A stretch of 64,000 nucleotides of DNA. Source: Eledone cirrhosa (Eukaryota). Positions within the stretch are counted from its first letter, which is position 1, and each line of letters begins with the position of its first letter. Of this stretch, positions 57,701 to 64,000 are shown piece by piece. The notes under the pieces were generated by a model, which saw only the letters and a list, made by a program, of their open reading frames with translations, had not been told where the DNA came from and searched no databases. The stretch covers positions 18,352,001 to 18,416,000 of the forward strand of contig OZ024753.1 in NCBI GenBank assembly GCA_964016885.1. The letters are read 5' to 3'. Both the position numbers and the translations under genes were made by a program.

Positions 57701-58166
57701 GTTCGGGATAAACTCTATAGGCACGGAAGTGCTGTCAGACGGAATTGCCCAAGATGCGCACAGAACGACGAAACCGTTCTGCACGCACTTGTCCAATGTC
57801 CGTGCATTACTGACTTGTGGAGTTATGTCGAACAGCTACTGTCGCGTGTAGAACGAATTCGGCTATCGGCCGAGTCTATAGTGAAGATCGATCCACCGCC
57901 TTCCTTAGGTCAGGAAGAGCAGTCAATTTTCCTCTGCCTGGTGGCAGTTGCGAAAGAGATTATATGGTAGACCAGGTTGAAAGGACTAAAGACAGACACT
58001 TTTCTCTTCGGCCAATCCCTCATCAACTTCTTCAAGTTCCACCTGGAAAAGAAGGTGAGGGTGGAGAGAGAAGTGCTGCCCCCCCCCCAGTACATTTGCT
58101 AAAAGGTGGGTGAATGTGGCGAGAATGGCTCGTGTGAATGGGCCTACTCTGACCATGCGCCTATAG
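54754..58166 (+). pseudogene. ORF2 (APE endonuclease, RT, C-terminal CCHC) with frameshift ~56250 and stops
   Basis: SLNVRGL, LAVYAP, LAGDWN, SYIDRIF, YSDH, YWKLN, KSPGFDGLP, FRPITLLNTEFKILAK, LDQSKAFDRV, AYADD, CPRC...ETVLHALVQC. Confidence 0.92.
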
Positions 58167-58465
58167 GCTGGATAACTTGAGGAGAGGGGTGCTCTCCCTG
58201 GGTGCCCTAGAAGCGCAGGGTGGTTCAGGATTGGTGGGGTACCAGAAGCACCCCAGGGTCGTTCACCCCCTATCGGGGAATTTATTTTGTTATATTTATG
58301 CATAGTTTATTTTATATTTTTATATTTTCATTGTTAATTTAGTCTTGCCATTGTGCACTTTTACTCCACCTTATTGTAAACCCCCACTGTCCCTGTCTTT
58401 GTATTGTCGCCTACATGTCGGCCCTGGTGGCTAATAAATGAAATCATTATTATTATTATTATAAG

Positions 58466-58694
58466 GGCGGTGGATTGGCAGTATCGGTAGAGGGTCGGAC
58501 GCCATGCTTTCCAGCATAGTTACGTCCCTTTACGATCTGAGTTCAAATCCCGCCGAGGTTGACTTTGTCTTTCATCCTTACGGGGTCGATAAAATAAAGT
58601 ACCAGTAATGTACTGGGTAATTGCTGGCCTTGTGCCTAAAGTAGAAACAATTATTATTATTATTATTATTATGATTATTATTATTATTATTATT
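58466..58694 (+). mobile_element. SINE family A, full length with (ATT)n tail
   Basis: GGCGGTGGATTGG head, GAGTTCAAATCCC B-box, central domain, (ATT)n tail at about 58650-58694. Confidence 0.88.
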
Positions 58695-61600
58695 GGCGAC
58701 CTACGTAGGAAATCGTATTATCGTGAGCTCCGTAAAGTTTGTTGTTTTCAGTTGTTTCAAATTGCCATTTATGGAAAATGTTTGTTGTTGAGTGTTTATA
58801 AGGTCAGATATATTGCTTTCGGAAAAGGACACTCAAAAAGATTGGGGCCTTGAGCCCAAAATTTAAACTTTTATAATTATCAAACAAAAAATTTCTTTGA
58901 AAAAATCATAGACGACTCACAGCTACACCAAGCTCACAGCCTTCCTCACAAACTAACACCTCAAACCAACACCACCATTGTAAATATTACTACATTTGCC
59001 AACACTAAAAATATAAGCAGTAGCAATAATTTAAATGTGTCTCATGTAGACATTCATTTCCCGCCATTACCAAAAACTGCAGGTGTTAAAGCCAACCACA
59101 GAAACAAAAGGAAAAAATAGATTATTATCTCGTGACATCGAGATGGATTCGCCCAGAATCGACTCTTCAACACCGAACACCACTGACGCCACCACCACCA
59201 CAACTGAAACTAAAAATAACAATAACAACAACAACAACAACAACAACAATGAGAATAACAACAAAAACATCAACACCACCGCAAATGTGTCGTTTGCCAA
59301 AGCAGCCAAGAAATGCGAAACAATCGAGGTAACTCATGAGGAATTAAATGAAGCCAGGAGAATGGTAAAGAAAGATGGGTACAGGGTCAGCAGCACCCAC
59401 CCCACCTAATAAAATGGAGCATCGGCGCCTATGCACCGTGTGTTATCGGACGATTAACACAAAATCGCGCCGAGTGGAACGGGCATCTGAGTCCCAAATC
59501 CAAAAAGCTTTGAGACATGAGTGGGCGGAAAAAACCCAGATCAGACGTGGGCAGAAATATGGAACCGTGGACATGTTCTTTGGAACACCACAGGAGGCTA
59601 GAGAGCACTCCATGGCTCCATTAAGAAGCGACGACTTCACACTCGTCCCAAGCTATTGTGGCCAGAGACTCATGAAGATCAGGGTGACCCACGTTCCACC
59701 GGCCATCGAAATTCCCTGACTAATGGCTGCCGTCCTCGCCGGCATCGAGGCCAACACCGAAATAATTGAAATATCAAAAGAAAAGAAGGAGAACTGGTCC
59801 GAATCTGGGATGGAGCTCCTGATCCAAGCGGACCAAAAAATCATTGAGAAAATTCCAGAGGTAATAGTCCTCACTGACGGCAGCCACCTCACCGTAATCG
59901 TCGAGGGTAGAAGGCCTAGGTGTGTCGTTTGTGGTAAAGGAACCCACCTAAAGGCTTTCTGCCCTCACGCTAAAAAGTTGAGACCACATCTCTTACCCAC
60001 CCCAGTGACTCAACCCTCAACACCACCAGCAGCAGAAATGGCAGCAACAACAGAAGCAACTCTAGCAGCAACAACCCCAGGAACAGTAGCAAAACCAACA
60101 CCACCACCACCCACCGCGCCAGAACTAGCACCAGCGCCTCCACCATCCACCACGCCACAACCAAAACCAACGCCTGTGGAGAATTTTCCACTCCCCGACC
60201 TATCGCAACTGGAGACAGATTGTGACGACGAGGAAAAAAGAAAAAAAGAAAAAGAAGCCAAAAAAGAAAAAAATCCTCTTTTTCCCCCTCCAAAAACAAA
60301 ATACAGAGGGAAACAAATAAACTATCAAACAAAACGGTGAGGACAGCTATGCCAGCATCCACACCAGCATCACCAACCCCATCACCATAATCACCAACAC
60401 CATCACCATCATTAACACCACAAAAGTCACCAAAATGCGAAACAGAAACAAACACACAACAAACGCAAACAAAACAAAACAACCAAAACGATACACACTA
60501 CACAGCAATAAATTTGAACAACAACCAATTATTACACTACATCCAACACAACACCAGCATCACAGAAAAAGACTACACAACACCCCAAACGTTCAAACAA
60601 CCTCCACACATACAAATCATTCGCATCACACAGAAAACGTACACGACACTAAAGCAAAAATTCCCCAAAGACTCGTAGACTTCCGACAAGCACTCTCCGG
60701 GAGGATTTATAAGGACATCCTTCCGGAGAAGGCCACAAGCAGTGAAAAGGATAGAGAAACTATCCTTCCTCTACGAGAAGTATGGTAAGTGGTCTTTCCC
60801 ATCTTTACCACTCCATTTCAACACGACCTCACTCAGAATAGGCAGCATAAATGCGCGTGGCTTGGGGTCGTCATGGAAGCAGGGCCACCTGTTCAACGAC
60901 ACCAGGTTACTAAACATAGATGTAGTTGCCATCAGTGAGACCAGAATCTCGGAAGCACGGGCCTTCGCACCGATCTTCGGCAGCTACGATGTGTACGCAT
61001 CTCCCAGCCGTCCTGGATCGGGGGGAGGAGTTGCTGTGCTTTTTCGGAGAGGTTTGGATCTCGCCATACCGGCCATCTTCCTGGACCCAGAAGGTAAGTT
61101 GGTGGAGCTGGACGTGACCAGCGGAGACGGGCAAGCTTTCAGGCTAGTGGCCGTCTCTGTCCCGACAGGAGCAGGGCGGCCTGATTTCTTTCGACGTCTG
61201 GAGACCTTTCTTGGAACGTCCCGCTATTTAGTGTTAGTGGGCGACTGGAAGGCGATCTTAGATTCACGCTGGGACTGTGTAAGATTAGCGGATAGGGGAA
61301 GGAGGGTGCAAGAGCCTCACCAACCTGCTCAGGTGTTTTAATCTGTCTGAAGATACCGATTGGATTTCCCGAATGTGCCAATGTGGACTTGGACAAACCG
61401 TATCGGTTCATCCAGATCATATCTAGAGTATTTTGTAGGGAAATAGATAGGTCTAACATAGGCTGTCCACAATTCAAGATAGTCAGCCACATGGACCACA
61501 AATTCGTGATCTGTGTGGTTGACTTAGATAGGCTTCATAGACAAGGACCCGGCTGCTGGAAGCTAAACGCGTCCTTACCAGCGCGCAAGGCCTACAGAGA

Positions 61601-64000
61601 TCGGATTAGCGAACTAGTTACGCGGGCGTTGACGGGAGCCATCGTCAACAACAAATGGTAGTTTGCTCTGAAAAGAGCGATTAGAATAGAGTCCATTAGG
61701 TTTAGTAAGGCTTTAGCTATAGAGAAAAATAGAGCAGAGGGAAAACTAGTTAGAAAATTAGAGGAGGCGCTTAGCAAAGTCATAGCGACCGACGTACTTG
61801 CGGCGAAATTGGCCCTTGACCAATTCTTCAATCTAAAGCACGAACTCTGCGTTGTCAGAGCTAGGGTGCGTGCTCTCAGACACAAGGGGACGAAAGCCGT
61901 TCAATGGGCCGAGTGGCGGAGGCGCGTCGTGGCAACAAAGCCACGATCCGGTCTTTGGTGGACTACGACTGGCGCATGCTACTCGATCCCGGGCAAGTGT
62001 GTGAAGCTTTTCAGCGACATTTCGCTCAGCTGTTCGGGGGCAGCGGCGGGCCGGATCGACGGATGGACTTTAGTGTCTACCTCGACGGACTGCCGTTGCT
62101 CTCGGCCACTGAGGCGGAGTTTTCCGAAAAGCCGATACCAGCCGCTGAAGTACGGGAGCCAATGACTGGCTGCACGAGGGGTAAATCGACTGGTTTGGAT
62201 GGTCTGCCCTATGAACTTTACGTACAGATGCCAGACTCTTTCGGAGGCCTCTAGGCGGACGTCTACTGCAACTGGCAACAGAACGGGAGAATTGCCAGCT
62301 CTGTAAGCCGAGGAGCGGTGGCGCTGCTGAGAAAGGATCCGAACAAGAGGGATAACATAGATGATTTCATAAACATAACTCTGCTAAACACAGAGTTCAA
62401 GATTATGGTCAAGGTGCTAGCAAAGAGGTTGGCGCTTGTCGTTGGTGGTCTGGTGGGAGAGGCGCAGACATGCGCCATTCCCGAAAGACCCATCCACGAC
62501 AACATCCACCTCATGCGATACACCGTGGAGACGGTAGCTAGGGAACCTGGCACGGGTGGGTCCTTGATCAATTTAGATCAGTCGAAAGCTTTCGATAGGG
62601 TCGACCATCGTTACCTAGTGACAGTCCTGAGGGCGGCTGGCTTTGGGCCCGTCTCCAGAGGCTGGATCGATGCCATGCACAGCGACATCTGCTCTGTGGT
62701 GAGAGTGAACGGTCACCTTTCGGAACCGTTCAACATCATGCGCTCGGTCCGCCAAGGATGTCCCTCTTGTACGTATTGACTCTCGAGCCATTACTGCACA
62801 GGCTGAAGACGTTGAGGGGTTTCCCGCGCGAACATGGATGCGGAAGATCTGTGTCAGCGTCTGCGGACAATGTCACCATAGTGGTGTCGAACGCCAAACA
62901 CATCGAGGCGTCGGCACTACACTAAGAGAATACGAAGCGGTGACAGGAGCAATGATCAACCATGATCAGTGGGCCTGCAGCTAGGCACCTGGAGAGGCAG
63001 GTCCATGCCGTCCAACAGCGTCGTCAGGGTCTGGACGGAGGGACCGGTTAAATTGCTAGGGGTCTGGCTCGGTCTGGACCTCGAGACGGACAAAAACTGG
63101 GACGAGTTGACGAGTAGGGTGGCTTCTCTCACCCAGAAAAGGGCTGAGAGGAAGCTATCCCTGAAAGGTCGAGTGGAGGTGGCTAACGCGTACATCGCGT
63201 CCGTCAACTCCTACCGCCTGACCGTCGTACCTTGTTCTAAGCCTCGCTTGACTGCGCTGGAGCGTTTGCTCTTTCGCTTTTTGTTGAAGGGACGCGCTCC
63301 AATGGTCAGGTGGTCCATCTGGTGCCAACACCCGCTACGTGGAGGCTTGGGCATGCCGTGGCTGATGATGCGCAGACACGCGCTCATGCTACGACATCTC
63401 CACCTCTTCCTCGCCGGTGATCAGGTGTGGTCGCCGTTTGCTAGACGCGTCTTTCCCCAGCTCGTCTCCTTGAGGGAGCTTCAGTCCTGGGTCAAGTGAA
63501 GACCGAGTGGGAGCGCTTGGAGACTGGAATGTCTTCAGACGCTCACAACCCTCGACCAATCGGGCAATGTGATCGGTGGAAACTCCACCTTGGGGTTCTA
63601 TAGAGGATTAGTTGAGGGAAAGAGCGACGACGTACTTGGGGAAAATCTACGTGTCGACGAAAATCAACTAGCTAATCTCTTCGAAAGAACTTTCGGGCCG
63701 GGGCCTATGGACAATATCCAGAAATCCCTGGCCTGGCAGTGCTACCGAGGAGCTTTGCCAGTTCGGGATAAACTCTGTCCTGCACGCACTCATCCAGTGT
63801 CCGAGCATTGCTGAATTGTGGGTTTATGTCGAACACCTGCTGTCGCGTGTAGGACGGATCCAGCTATCAGCTGAGTCCATCGTGAGGATTGCCCCGCCCT
63901 CTTCCTTTAGCCGGGAAGGGCAGGCAATTTCTATCTGTCTGGTGGCCAAGGCGAAAGAGATAGCATGGTGGACACATTTGAAAGGCCTGAAGACGAGCAC
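58695..64000 (+). mobile_element. Second, more decayed Tx1/L1-type element of a related subfamily; runs off the window
   Basis: ORF1 pieces with CVVCGKGTHLKAFC. ORF2 pieces SINARGLGSSWKQGHL, LDQSKAFDRVDH and SVRQGCP are homologous to copy 1, with many frameshifts. Starts right after (ATT)n. Confidence 0.9.

Larger units (their letters stand above)
52536..58442 (+). mobile_element. Full-length but mutated Tx1/L1-type non-LTR retrotransposon (copy 1)
   Basis: 5' UTR, ORF1 with a CCHC knuckle, ORF2 with APE-RT-zinc finger, T-rich 3' UTR ending in AATAAA. (ATT)n lies on both sides. Confidence 0.92.

Overview
AT-rich, microsatellite-laden eukaryotic DNA, most likely a coleoid cephalopod such as octopus (inferred from the SINE motifs and (TA)n/(TACA)n load; not verified). 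I found no supportable host gene, and nearly all 'IYIY' ORFs are microsatellite artefacts. The window is a retroelement graveyard. It holds a near full-length Penelope-like element (PLE) of Naiad type (RT + GIY-YIG, 43.3-45.7 kb), several truncated PLEs, an RTE remnant, an R4/Dong-type RLE remnant, two Tx1/L1-type elements, two SINE families and two DNA-transposon MITEs. The most striking hidden layer is non-coding. By hand I can fold about 17 type I hammerhead ribozyme (HHR) motifs or copies, some with non-canonical cores (U3-A8 covariant, U4A), and about 10 long inverted repeats (55 bp to about 1.6-2 kb arms). Several are ORF-less fold-back units built around an HHR, which look like non-autonomous, hairpin-forming PLE derivatives ('fold-back retrozymes'). 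A second theme is a nested pile-up of SINE, Dong-like and Tx1-like insertions in (ATT)n repeats at 51.6-58.7 kb. All folds and alignments were made by eye, so boundaries may be off by a few bases.
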